Assembly: GCA_025456425.1 (NCBI GenBank)
Contig: JALOKP010000026.1
Span: 3,846-67,845 of the forward strand
Source of the DNA: Acidobacteriota bacterium
GTDB taxonomy: Bacteria > Acidobacteriota > Polarisedimenticolia > J045
Reading direction: 5' to 3'
DNA: 64,000 nt
Part shown: positions 18,277-30,108 of the stretch, in pieces
Position numbering within the stretch: the first letter of the stretch is position 1
Layout: the number at the start of each line of letters is the position of its first letter
The notes under the pieces: model-generated
Told to the model about the DNA's origin: nothing
Seen by the model: the letters and a program-made list of their open reading frames with translations, nothing else
Databases searched by the model: none
Translations under genes and position numbers: made by a program

Positions 18277-18305
18277 GCCCACCTCCGACGCGGGGTGGGT
18301 TTTTT
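18277..18305 (+). terminator. trp attenuator terminator hairpin
   Basis: GCCCACCTC / GGGGTGGGT stem followed by a T run; the left arm can instead pair with GAGGTGG (18233-18239) as antiterminator. Confidence 0.9.
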
Positions 18306-18346
18306 CGTGCCCCCCCGCCGGAGCGGGACGGCGAGGAGAGCACGGC

Positions 18347-19737
18347 ATGAAGCCGCCGTTCGACATCGCTGCCGACCTCGACACGCCGGTCTCGGCGTTC
18401 CTCAAGCTCGCCCCGTTCGAGCCGCGATTCCTGCTCGAGTCGGTCGAAGGGGGCGAGCGCCTCGGGCGCTACTCGTTCATCGGGTTCGGCGAGGCGCTGG
18501 CGGTCAAGCTGGAAGGCGGACGGCTGGCCGTCGACGGCGTCCAGGGTCGCGCGCCCGCTTCCCGCGAGGAGCTGCTCGGCGCGCTGCGCGATGCGCTGGC
18601 GCGCGCGCCGCGGCCGGGGCCGGCCGGCGGGCTGCCGTTCTCGGGCGGACTGGTCGGGCTCGCGGGTTACGACCTGGTGCGGCGGCTCGAGCGCCTCCCC
18701 GCGGCGCACCCCGCGCCTCCCGCGGGCCCGCGCACGCCGGAGGCGGCCTTCGTCGCCCCGCGCGCCCTCCTGGTCTTCGACCACCTCTCGCGCCGCGTCG
18801 CGCTGTTCTTCGACGGGGAGGAGGGCGAGCGGCGGGCGCTGCGCGCGGCAGTGATCGACGCGCTGCGCGGCCCGACCCCGCCGCGACCCGGCCGCGTCGC
18901 GCCGCACGCCGCGCCGGCGGCGAGCCTCGCGCCCGGTGCATTCCTCGGCGCGGTCGAGCGCGCGCAGCACCACATCCGCCAGGGCGACGTCTTCCAGCTC
19001 GTGCTCTCGTCGCGGTTCGAGGGCGAGACCGCGGTCGAGCCGTTCGAGGTCTACCGCGCGCTGCGCCTGATCAACCCCTCACCCTACATGTACTACCTGC
19101 GGTTCGACGGGCTCGAGGTGGTCGGCTCCTCGCCCGAGGCACTGGTCCGGCTCGAGGGGCGGCGCGCCGCGCTCCGGCCGATCGCCGGGACGCGCCCGCG
19201 CGCCGGCTCGGAGCCCGAGGACCGGGCGCGCGAGGCCGAGCTGCTGGCCGACCCGAAGGAAGGGGCCGAACACGTGATGCTGGTCGACCTGGCGCGCAAC
19301 GACCTGGGGCGCGTGGCCGTTCCTGGCACGATCGCGGTCGAACCGTACCGGTCGGTCGAGCGCTACAGCCACGTGATGCACCTCGTGAGCGGCGTGGGCG
19401 GCGTGCTGGCCGCGGAGCACGACGCGTTCGACCTGTTCGCCGCGACCTTCCCGGCCGGGACGGTGGTCGGTGCGCCGAAGGTCCGCGCGATGGAGCTGAT
19501 CGACGAGCTGGAGCCGGCAGCGCGCGGGCTCTACGCCGGGACCGTCGGATACTTCGGCCACGGGGGCGCGATGGACCAGGCGATCGCGATCCGTACGCTG
19601 GTCTTCGGTGAGGGGCGGTACGCCTACCAGGCCGGCGCCGGGATCGTGGCCGACAGCCGGCCCGAGGCCGAGCTGGCCGAGGTCCAGGCCAAGGCGGCGG
19701 CGCTCGAGGCGGCGCTGACGCTGGCCGAGGAGGGGCT

Positions 19738-19741
<4 letters not shown>
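18347..19741 (+). CDS. trpE: Anthranilate synthase component I
   Basis: DLDTPVS, LLES, GRYSF, NPSPYM, PIAGTRPR, AEHVMLVDLARNDLGRV, TFPAGTVVGAPK. Confidence 0.96.
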
Positions 19742-21372
<1,631 letters not shown>

Positions 21373-21380
<8 letters not shown>

Positions 21381-22869
21381 CTTCCTCGAGACGATGGCCG
21401 CCGCGAGCGCGGAGCGCGCCCGCGCGCTGCGCCAGCGCGAGCCGCTCCCCGCGCTGCGGCGCCGCGCGCAGGACACGCCGCCGGCGCCGCCGCTGGTCCT
21501 CTCGCCGGAGGGCTTCGACCTGGTCGCCGAGGTGAAGCGCCGCTCCCCCTCGGCCGGGGCGCTCGCGCCGGCGGCCGCGGACCCGGCGGGGGACGCCGCG
21601 GCGCGCGCCGCCGCGTACGCGCGGGCCGGCGCCGCGGCCGTTTCGGTGCTGACCGAGCCGGCGGCGTTCGGCGGCGCGCTGGAGGACCTGGCGCGCGCGG
21701 CGCGCGCGCTCCCCGGCTGCCCGGTCCTGCGCAAGGACTTCCTGGTCGACGAGGCGCAGCTCTTCGAGGCCCGCGCCGCCGGCGCCGGCGGGGTCCTGCT
21801 GGTGGTTCGCCTGCTCCCGGGCGCGCGGCTCGCCGCGCTGCTCGAGGCCGCGGCGGAGGCCGCGCTGTTCGTGCTGCTCGAGGCCTTCGACGGCGACGAG
21901 CTCGAGCGCGCGGCCGCCGCCGCGCGGCGCCCCGGCGCCCCTCGCGTCCTGCTCGGCGTCAACGCCCGCGACCTGGCGAGCCTGGCGGTCGACCCGGCGC
22001 GCTTCGCGCGGCTCGCGTGCGCGCTGCCCGGCGATCTTCCGGTGATCGCGGAGAGCGGCCTGGCGACGCCCGACGACGCGGCCCGCGCCGCGTCGCTGGG
22101 CTACCGCGGCGCGCTGGTCGGCTCGGCGCTGATGCGCGCGGCCGACCCCGCATCCCGTGCGGCGGCGATGATCCGCGCCGGCCGGGACGCCGCCGCGCTG
22201 CCGCGCCCGGCGAAGCTCTTCGTCAAGATCTGCGGCCTGACCGAGGAGGCTGCCGTCGAGGCCGCGGTGCGGCACGGCGCCGACGCGGTCGGCTTCGTGC
22301 TGGCCCCGTCGCCGCGGCGTGTCGGCCTGGCGCGTGCCCGCGCGCTGGCGGCGCGCGTCCCGCCCGGCGTCGTACGCGTCGCCGTCTTCGCCGACGCCGC
22401 GCCGGACGAGCTGCTCGCCGCCGACGCGGCGCTGGCCCCCGACGCGATCCAGGCCGACGCCGGCGCGCTGGCTGCGGTCGCCGGCCGGCTGCGCGCGCGT
22501 CCGCTGCCGGTCGTGCGCGACGGTGCGGCGCTCGACGCGGCGCTCGACGCGCTGCTCGCCGGGCCGGCCGCGGGCGCGCTCGCGCGCCGCGCGTACGCGC
22601 TGCTCGACGCCGCGCGGAGCGGCGCCGGGCTGGCGGTCGACCGGGCCCGCGCGGCCGCCGCCGCGCGCCGCACGCCGCTCGTGCTGGCGGGCGGACTGGC
22701 CCCCGACACCGTCGAAGCCACGATCCGCGCCGTGCGGCCGGCCGGCGTCGACGTCAGCAGCGGCGTCGAGTCGGCGCCGGGGCTCAAGGACCCGGCCCGC
22801 ATCGCCGCCTTCGTCGCCGCGGCGCGCCGTGCCGGCATCGCCCCGCGCACCCTCGAGGAGAAGCGATGA
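21373..22869 (+). CDS. trpCF: Fused indole-3-glycerol-phosphate synthase / phosphoribosylanthranilate isomerase
   Basis: AEVKRRSPS, SVLTEP, LRKDF, AESG and LVGSALM, followed in frame by VKICGL, LAGGL and GVDVSSGVE. Confidence 0.92.
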
Positions 22870-24089
22870 CCCCGACCGAGCTGCTCGACGACCTGGTCGC
22901 CGGCCGCCTGCCCGACGCGCGCGGCCGCTTCGGCCCCTGGGGCGGGCGCTTCGTGCCCGAGACGCTGGTCCCGGCGCTGGAGCGGCTGGAGGCCGGTGCG
23001 CGCGCGGCGCTGGCCGACCCCGCCTTCCGCGCGGCGCTGGACGACGAACTCGCCGGATGGGCCGGCCGCCCGACGCCCCTGACCCACGCCCCGGGCCTCT
23101 CGGCGGCATGGGGGGCGGAGGTCTGGCTCAAGCGCGAGGACCTCGCGCACACCGGCGCGCACAAGGTGAACAACGCGCTCGGGCAGGCGCTGCTGGCCCG
23201 CCGGCTCGGCGCGCGGCAGGTGATCGCCGAGACCGGCGCCGGGCAGCACGGCGTCGCGAGCGCCGCGGCCTCGGCCCGCGTCGGGCTGCCCTGCCGCGTC
23301 TACATGGGGGCGGTCGACGTCGAGCGGCAGGCCCCCAACGTCGAGCGGATGCGCCGGCTGGGGGCCGAGGTCGTGTCCGTCGATTCCGGCGACCGCACGC
23401 TGCGGGCGGCGATCGACGCCGCGCTGCGGGCCTGGGTGCTCGACCCGGAGGGGACCCACTACCTGCTCGGCTCGGCGGTCGGGCCGCACCCCTACCCGTG
23501 GCTGGTGCGCGAGCTGCAGGCGGTGATCGGGCGCGAGGCCCGCGCGCAGATCCTCGTGCGGCGCGGCCGGCTCCCCGACGCGGCGATCGCCTGCGTCGGC
23601 GGCGGCTCCAACGCGATCGGGCTGTTCCACGGGTTCCTCGCCGACGGCGCGGTGGCGCTGATCGGGGTCGAGGCCGGCGGGCGCGGAAGCGGGCCGGGCG
23701 AGCACGGCGCGACGCTCGCGCACGGCCGGGCCGGCGTGCTGCACGGCAGCCACTCGCTGCTGCTGCAGGACGCGCACGGACAGGTCGGCGAGACCCACTC
23801 GATCTCGGCCGGCCTCGACTACCCCGGGGTCGGCCCGGAGCACGCGTTCCTGCGCGACGCCGGCCGCGCCCGCTACGTCACCGCGGACGACGGAGAGGCG
23901 CTGGCCGCGCTCGCGCTCTGCGCCGCGCGCGAGGGGATCCTGCCGGCGCTCGAGACGGCGCACGCGCTGGTCGGGGCGCAGCGCTACGCGGCGGCCCACC
24001 CCGGCGCGCTGATCGTGGTCGGGCTGTCGGGGCGCGGCGACAAGGACCTGCCGGCGCTGGCCGCGCTCGGCGTCGGGGGAGCGCGGTGA
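22866..24089 (+). CDS. trpB: Tryptophan synthase beta chain
   Basis: REDLAHTGAHKVNN, AETGAGQHG, CVGGGSNA, SAGLDYPGVGPEH, LSGRGDKD. Confidence 0.97.
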   Translation: MTPTELLDDLVAGRLPDARGRFGPWGGRFVPETLVPALERLEAGARAALADPAFRAALDDELAGWAGRPTPLTHAPGLSAAWGAEVWLKREDLAHTGAHKVNNALGQALLARRLGARQVIAETGAGQHGVASAAASARVGLPCRVYMGAVDVERQAPNVERMRRLGAEVVSVDSGDRTLRAAIDAALRAWVLDPEGTHYLLGSAVGPHPYPWLVRELQAVIGREARAQILVRRGRLPDAAIACVGGGSNAIGLFHGFLADGAVALIGVEAGGRGSGPGEHGATLAHGRAGVLHGSHSLLLQDAHGQVGETHSISAGLDYPGVGPEHAFLRDAGRARYVTADDGEALAALALCAAREGILPALETAHALVGAQRYAAAHPGALIVVGLSGRGDKDLPALAALGVGGAR

Positions 24090-24931
24090 GCGGCGCGGTG
24101 AGCGGCGCGCGCGGGCCGGCCCCCGCGCCGCAGGACCGGCTCGAGGCGGCGCTGCGCGCCCCCGCCGCGGCCGGGCGCCCGGCGCTCGTCGCGTTCCTGA
24201 CCGCCGGCTACCCCCTCCGCGCCGGCTTCCGCGAGACGCTCGCGCAGGTCGCCGCGATCGCCGACGCGGTCGAGGTCGGCGTGCCATTCAGCGACCCGAT
24301 GGCCGACGGCCTGACGATCCAGCGCGCCAGCGCGGCGGCGCTGGCGCAGGGGGTGACCTTGGCCTGGATCCTCGAGGAACTGGCGCGCGCCGGACGGCTC
24401 GCCGCGCCGCCGGTCCTGATGGGCTACCTCAACCCGTTCCTCGCCTACGGTCTCGAGCGGCTCGCGGCCGACGCCGCGGCGGCCGGCGTCGCCGGCTTCG
24501 TCGTCCCCGACCTGCCGCTCGACGAGGCGGAACCGTTCGAGCGCGCGCTGGCGCCGCACGGGCTGGCGCTGGTCCAGCTCGTGACCCCGGTGACGCCGCC
24601 CGCGCGGCTGGCCCGGCTCGCCGCCGCCAGCCGCGGCTTTCTCTACGCGGTGACGGTGACGGGCGTGACCGGCGGCGCGGAACCCGATCCGTTGGCGATC
24701 GCGGACTACCTCGACCGCGTGCGCCGCGCCAGCCCGCGGCCGGTGATGGCCGGGTTCGGGGTCCGTACGCCCGGCCAGGTGCGGGCGCTTGCGCCCCACG
24801 CCGATGGCGTGGTGGTGGGGTCGGCGTTGATCGAAGCCCTCGAGCGGGGCGATGATCCGGGGCCGTTCCTGGCCGGGCTGCGCGACGCGGCCGGCCCGCG
24901 AGCGGCCGCGGACGGGGAAGGGAACCGATGA
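24086..24931 (+). CDS. trpA: Tryptophan synthase alpha chain
   Basis: [45 protein letters not shown]. Confidence 0.96.
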   Translation: MSGAVSGARGPAPAPQDRLEAALRAPAAAGRPALVAFLTAGYPLRAGFRETLAQVAAIADAVEVGVPFSDPMADGLTIQRASAAALAQGVTLAWILEELARAGRLAAPPVLMGYLNPFLAYGLERLAADAAAAGVAGFVVPDLPLDEAEPFERALAPHGLALVQLVTPVTPPARLARLAAASRGFLYAVTVTGVTGGAEPDPLAIADYLDRVRRASPRPVMAGFGVRTPGQVRALAPHADGVVVGSALIEALERGDDPGPFLAGLRDAAGPRAAADGEGNR

Positions 24932-25974
24932 TCGCGGTGCTGGAACGCGGCTGCCCCCTGAAGGCGAAGGCCGAGATCGTGCGCTTCGTCGAGGCCGAGG
25001 GGTTCCGACTGCTGGTGACCGAGACCGGCGGCGAGAGCCTGATCGGCGTGATCGGGCCGGGGGCCGAGGCCCTCGCGCCGCGGCTGGCCGCGATGGCGGG
25101 CGTGGCCGAGGTCCGGCCGGTCGCCGCCCCCTACCCGCAGGTCTCGCGCGAGCACCATCCCGAGCCGACGCGCGTCAAGGTCGGGCCGGTGACGATCGGC
25201 GGCGACGAGGTGGTCGTGATCGGCGGCCCCTGCGCGGTCGAGAGCGAGGCGCAGCTGCTGGCCACCGCACGTGCGGTCGCGGCCGCGGGCGGGCGGATGC
25301 TGCGCGGCGGCGCGTTCAAGCCGCGCAGCTCGCCCTACACCTTCCAGGGGCTCGAGGAGGAGGGGCTGAAGCTCCTGGCCCTGGCCCGCGCCGAGACCGG
25401 ACTGCCGATCGTGACGGAGGTCGTCGCCCCCGAGGACGTCGAGCTGGTCGCGCGCTACGCCGACGTGCTGCAGGTCGGCTCGCGCAACATGCAGAACTTC
25501 CGGCTGCTCTCGGCGGTCGGCCAGCAGCCGCGCGCGGTGCTGCTCAAGCGCGGGCTGATGGCGACGATCGAGGAGTGGCTGATGGCGGCGGAGTACGTCG
25601 TCGCGGCGGGCAACCCGCGGGTCGTGCTCTGCGAGCGCGGGATCCGCACCTTCGAGCGCGCGACCCGCAACACGCTCGACGTCGCGGCGGTCCCGGTGCT
25701 GCGGCAGCTGACCCACCTGCCGGTAATCGTCGACCCCTCGCACGCCGCCGGCCGGCGCGAGCTGGTCCCGGCGCTGGCCTGTGCCGCGGTCGCGGCCGGG
25801 GCCGACGGGCTGATCGTCGAGACTCACCCCGATCCCGACCGGGCGCTCAGCGACGGGCGGCAGAGCCTGGCGCTGCCCGGTTTCGAGCAACTGGTCCGCA
25901 CCTGCGCCCGCGTCGCGGTGGCGGTCGGCCGCACGCTGCGCGCGCCCGGCGCGGCCGACGCCGCGCCGCGGTGA
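24928..25974 (+). CDS. aroF: DAHP synthase, type I-beta with N-terminal regulatory domain
   Basis: [48 protein letters not shown]. Confidence 0.95.
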   Translation: MIAVLERGCPLKAKAEIVRFVEAEGFRLLVTETGGESLIGVIGPGAEALAPRLAAMAGVAEVRPVAAPYPQVSREHHPEPTRVKVGPVTIGGDEVVVIGGPCAVESEAQLLATARAVAAAGGRMLRGGAFKPRSSPYTFQGLEEEGLKLLALARAETGLPIVTEVVAPEDVELVARYADVLQVGSRNMQNFRLLSAVGQQPRAVLLKRGLMATIEEWLMAAEYVVAAGNPRVVLCERGIRTFERATRNTLDVAAVPVLRQLTHLPVIVDPSHAAGRRELVPALACAAVAAGADGLIVETHPDPDRALSDGRQSLALPGFEQLVRTCARVAVAVGRTLRAPGAADAAPR

Positions 25975-27287
25975 GCGCCGTGCCGCGCGCGCTGCGCCCG
26001 GCCCGGCGGCTGGCCGGGACGCTGGCCGTTCCGGGCGACAAGTCGATCGGCCATCGCGCGCTGCTGTTCGCTTCGTTCGCGGCGGGGCGCAGCGTCGTGC
26101 GCGGCCTGCCGCCCGGGGCCGACGTCGCGACGACGCGCCGCGCGATCGAGGCGCTGGGAGTCGCCGTGCGCGACGAGGGCGGGGCCGTGGTGATCGAGGG
26201 GCGCGGCTGGGACGGTCTGGCCCGCGACCCGGCGGCGCCGGCCCGGGCGCTCGACTGCGGCAACTCGGGGACCACCTCGCGGCTGCTGCTGGGCCTGCTC
26301 GCCGGGCGGCCCGGGTGCTTCGCGCTCTCCGGCGACGCGTCGCTCTCGCGGCGGCCGATGGGGCGCGTGACCCGCCCCCTGGCGGCCTTCGGGGCGCGGA
26401 TCGAGGGCGGCGAGACGCTGCCGCTGACCGTCGCCGGGACGCGGCTGCACGCCGCGCGGGTCGCGACCGGCGTGGCCTCGGCCCAGGTCAAGAGCGCGCT
26501 CGTGCTGGCCGCGCTGCAGGCCGACGGCGAGAGCACGATCGAGGAGCCGGAGCCGACGCGCGACCACACCGAGCGGTTGCTGGCCGCGATGGGGGCCGGG
26601 CTGGCGCCGGCGGCGGGGGCCGGGGGCGGCCCGGCGTGGCGCGTCGCCGGGGGCTGCCCCGTCCTCGCGCCGCTCGAGCTGGCGGTACCGGGCGACCCGT
26701 CCTCGGCGGCGTTCTTCGTCGGGCTCGCCTGCGCCCTGCCGGGCAGCGCGCTCGCCGTGCGGGGCGTCGCGCTCAACCCGCGGCGGACCGGCGCGCTGCG
26801 GATCCTGCAGCGGATGGGGGCACGGCTGCGCTTTCGCGTCGAATCCGAGCGGCCCGAGCCCTCCGGCACGATCGAGGCCGAAGGGGGCGGGCTGGCCGGC
26901 ACGACGATCGCCGGGCCGGAGGTCGTCGACGCGATCGACGAGCTGCCGCTGCTCGCCGTGCTCGCGGCCGTCGCGGAAGGGGAGACGCGGATCGTGGGGG
27001 CGGCCGAGCTGCGCGTGAAGGAGAGCGACCGGATCGCCGCTACCGCCGCCCTGTTGCGGGCCTTCGGCGCGGCCTGCGAGGAGCTGCCCGACGGGCTCGT
27101 CGTCGCCGGTGGCGCGCGGCTGAGGGGGACCGCCTTCGACGCCCGCGGCGACCACCGGATCGCGATGGCGGGGACGGTCGCGGCAGCCCTCGCCGACGGA
27201 CCCTCGACGCTGACCGGCGGCGAGTGGGTCACGATCTCGTATCCTGCGTTCTTCGAGGACCTCGAGCGCCTCGCGGAGCGCGCGTGA
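25971..27287 (+). CDS. aroA: EPSP synthase
   Basis: [45 protein letters not shown]. Confidence 0.96.
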   Translation: MSAVPRALRPARRLAGTLAVPGDKSIGHRALLFASFAAGRSVVRGLPPGADVATTRRAIEALGVAVRDEGGAVVIEGRGWDGLARDPAAPARALDCGNSGTTSRLLLGLLAGRPGCFALSGDASLSRRPMGRVTRPLAAFGARIEGGETLPLTVAGTRLHAARVATGVASAQVKSALVLAALQADGESTIEEPEPTRDHTERLLAAMGAGLAPAAGAGGGPAWRVAGGCPVLAPLELAVPGDPSSAAFFVGLACALPGSALAVRGVALNPRRTGALRILQRMGARLRFRVESERPEPSGTIEAEGGGLAGTTIAGPEVVDAIDELPLLAVLAAVAEGETRIVGAAELRVKESDRIAATAALLRAFGAACEELPDGLVVAGGARLRGTAFDARGDHRIAMAGTVAAALADGPSTLTGGEWVTISYPAFFEDLERLAERA

Positions 27288-28135
27288 AGATCGCCCTGTT
27301 CGGCCACCCGGTCGCGCACAGCCGCTCGGCCGACCTGTTCCGCGCGCTCGGCGCCGCCGGCGGTCCCGCGGTCGACTTTCAGCCGGTCGACGTGTCGCCC
27401 GCCGAGTTCGCCGCCGCGGCGCGCCGGGTCGCGTCGGGCGAGCTCTGCGGCGCGAGCGTCACGATCCCGCACAAGCTCGCGGCCGCCGCGCTGGCCGACG
27501 AGCTCGACCCCGCGGCGCGCGCCACCGGCGCGGTCAACGCGCTGGCGCCGATGGCCGGCGGCAGACTGCGCGGCGCCAACACCGACGCCCGTGGCTTCTT
27601 CGACGCGTTGCTCGCCGAGCGCCGGGCGGTCGAGCGCCTGGCCGGAGCGCCGGCGCGGGTCGCGATCCTGGGGGCCGGGGGTGCGGCGCGCGCGGTCGCC
27701 TGGGCCCTGGCGCGGCAGGCCTTCGACGTGCTGGTCGTGGCGCGTGACGCGGCAAGCGTGGCGGCCTGGCCGGCGCAGCTCTCCACGCGCGCGGTCGGCT
27801 GGGACGACCCGGCACTGGCCGCGCGGGTCGCGGCCTGTCCCCTGGTGGTGCAGGCCACGCCGCTCGGGACCTGGCCCGACGTGACCGCCACGCCGCCCCT
27901 GGCCGACGACGCGTTCCGACCCGAGCAGGTCGTCGTCGACCTGGTCTACAACCCCTGGCAGACGCGCTTCCTCGAGCGCGCGCGCGCGGCCGGCGCGCTC
28001 GGCGTCAACGGCTGGCCGATGCTCGTGCGGCAGGCCGCGGCGGCGGCCGAGCTGTGGCTTGGGCCGGGGACGGGGGAGCGCCTCGTGGCGGCTGCGGGCA
28101 CGGTCGAGGACCGCGACCCGGCCGACGCCCCCTGA
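27284..28135 (+). CDS. aroE: Shikimate dehydrogenase
   Basis: GHPVAHSRS, SVTIPHK, GAVN, NTD, GAGGAARA, DLVYNP. Confidence 0.93.
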   Translation: MKIALFGHPVAHSRSADLFRALGAAGGPAVDFQPVDVSPAEFAAAARRVASGELCGASVTIPHKLAAAALADELDPAARATGAVNALAPMAGGRLRGANTDARGFFDALLAERRAVERLAGAPARVAILGAGGAARAVAWALARQAFDVLVVARDAASVAAWPAQLSTRAVGWDDPALAARVAACPLVVQATPLGTWPDVTATPPLADDAFRPEQVVVDLVYNPWQTRFLERARAAGALGVNGWPMLVRQAAAAAELWLGPGTGERLVAAAGTVEDRDPADAP

Positions 28136-28220
28136 CCGGCCGCCGGGGTCGTCCTCTCCGCGGCGACTGGCAGCGCCGTGCGGTGGACACCAGAATACCC
28201 GCCCTGCGGAGAGAAGCCCG

Positions 28221-30101
28221 ATGAAGCGCAAGACGGCGCCCCGTGCGCCCCGTCCCGGCGCGGTGCCCGCGCTCGCGATCCTGCTCGCGATCCTCGTCGT
28301 GCTCGGGGCCGCGGGCTGCTCCGGCCCGCGCGGCGGGGCGGCGGAGAAGGGCCCGGGCGGCGCCGCGCCGCCGACCGTGCTGCTGGTCACGATCGACACG
28401 CTGCGCGCCGACCGCGTCGGCTGCTACGGCCGCGCCGACGCCGGCACGCCCCGGCTCGACGCGCTGGCCGCGGCGGGAGCGCGCTTCACCGCCGCGCAGA
28501 CCACCGCGCCGATCACCACACCGGCCCACGCCTCGATCCTGACCGGGCGGACGCTGCCCGGGCACGGCGTGGTCGAGAACGGGACCTTTGCGCTGCCGGA
28601 GGAGGTCCCCACCCTGCCCGAGGCTTTCAAGAGCAGGGGCTTCGCGACCGGCGCCTTCGTCTCCAGCCAGGTCCTGGCGCGTGCCCACGGCCTGGCCCGC
28701 GGCTTCGACGTCTACGACGACCGAATGCCGCCTTCCGACGCACGGCAGGGCCCGATCCTGCGCTTCGCCCAGCGGCGCGGCGTCGACACCGTCGACAGCG
28801 CGCTGACCTGGCTGATCGCGCTCGGGCCGAAGCCGGCCTTCCTCTGGGTCCACCTGTTCGAACCTCACGCGCCGTACGACCCGCCGCCCGACCTGGCCGC
28901 GCGCTACAAGGGGAACCTCTACCAGGGCGAGGTGGCCGAGGCCGACCGTGCGCTCGGCCGCCTGCTCGATGGGCTGGCCGCCGAGGGGCGCGACCGCGAC
29001 CTGCTCGTGGTCGTCGCCGCCGACCACGGCGAGGGGCTGGGCGAACACGACGAGGCGACGCACGGGATCTTCCTCTACCAGGGGGTGATGCACGTCCCGC
29101 TGGTCGTCGCCGGGGCCTCCCGCGGGATCCGGCCCGCGGTGATCGACGGCACCGTCAGCCTGGCCGACCTGGCGCCGACGCTGGCGGAACTCGTGGAACT
29201 GCCCCCGCTGGCCGGGGCCGACGGCCTGTCGCTCGCGGCCGCGCTGACCGGGAAGGGCCCGCTCCCGGCGCGGCCGGGGGTCTTCGCCGAGAGCCACACG
29301 CCGCGGATCCAGTACGGCTGGTCGGGGCTGCGCGCTTTCGTCAACGGCCCTGCCAAGCTGATCGAGGCGCCGCGGGCGGAGTTGTTCGACCTGGCCGAAG
29401 ACCCCAAGGAACTGCGCGACCTGGCGGCTGCACGCCCGGCCGAGGTCGACGCCGCGCGGCGCAGCCTCGCGCTGCTGGTCCAGCGCGCGCGCGACGCGGC
29501 CCCCGAGGCCTCGGGCGAGCGCGCGGTGAGCGAGGAGGAGATGGCGCAGTTGCGGGCGCTGGGCTACGCCGCCAGCGCACGGCGCGCCGACGCCGGCGAG
29601 CTGGTCGAACGCGAGGCGGTCGATCCCAAGGACCGCGGCGCGTTCCTCAAGCAGTACGACGCCGCGCTCGTCGCCAGCCAGTCGTCGCGCCCGGAGACGG
29701 CGCTCCCTCTGTTCGAGGCGCTGCGCGCGGTCGAGCCCGACAACCCGGCCTTTCTCGAGAGCTACGGCCGCGCGCTGATCCTGACCGGCCGCACCGACGA
29801 GGCGATCGGCGTCTTCCGGCACGCGGTGCAGGTCGACCCGGGGTTCGCGCTGGGGTGGCACCGGCTCGGCCAGCTGCTCGACTCGAAGCGGGACCGGACC
29901 GGCGCCGAAGCGGCCTATCGCCGGGCGATCGCGACCGACCCGCTGGCGATCGTGTCCTACAAGGCGCTGGCCAGCCTGCTGGTCGAAGCCGGCCGCGACG
30001 CCGACGCGCTGAAGGTCCTGACCGAAGCCCAGGCGCTCGACCCCGGGGACAAGGCGATCGCGAACCTGCTGGCGCAGGTCCGCGTCCGTACCGCGAAGTG
30101 A
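28221..30101 (+). CDS. Sulfatase-like (alkaline phosphatase superfamily) lipoprotein with C-terminal TPRs
   Basis: Lipobox AAGC, LVTIDTLRAD, TTPAHASILTG, HLFEPHAPY, ADHGEGLGEH, then helical TPR repeats. Confidence 0.88.
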   Translation: MKRKTAPRAPRPGAVPALAILLAILVVLGAAGCSGPRGGAAEKGPGGAAPPTVLLVTIDTLRADRVGCYGRADAGTPRLDALAAAGARFTAAQTTAPITTPAHASILTGRTLPGHGVVENGTFALPEEVPTLPEAFKSRGFATGAFVSSQVLARAHGLARGFDVYDDRMPPSDARQGPILRFAQRRGVDTVDSALTWLIALGPKPAFLWVHLFEPHAPYDPPPDLAARYKGNLYQGEVAEADRALGRLLDGLAAEGRDRDLLVVVAADHGEGLGEHDEATHGIFLYQGVMHVPLVVAGASRGIRPAVIDGTVSLADLAPTLAELVELPPLAGADGLSLAAALTGKGPLPARPGVFAESHTPRIQYGWSGLRAFVNGPAKLIEAPRAELFDLAEDPKELRDLAAARPAEVDAARRSLALLVQRARDAAPEASGERAVSEEEMAQLRALGYAASARRADAGELVEREAVDPKDRGAFLKQYDAALVASQSSRPETALPLFEALRAVEPDNPAFLESYGRALILTGRTDEAIGVFRHAVQVDPGFALGWHRLGQLLDSKRDRTGAEAAYRRAIATDPLAIVSYKALASLLVEAGRDADALKVLTEAQALDPGDKAIANLLAQVRVRTAK

Positions 30102-30108
30102 GCGCCGT

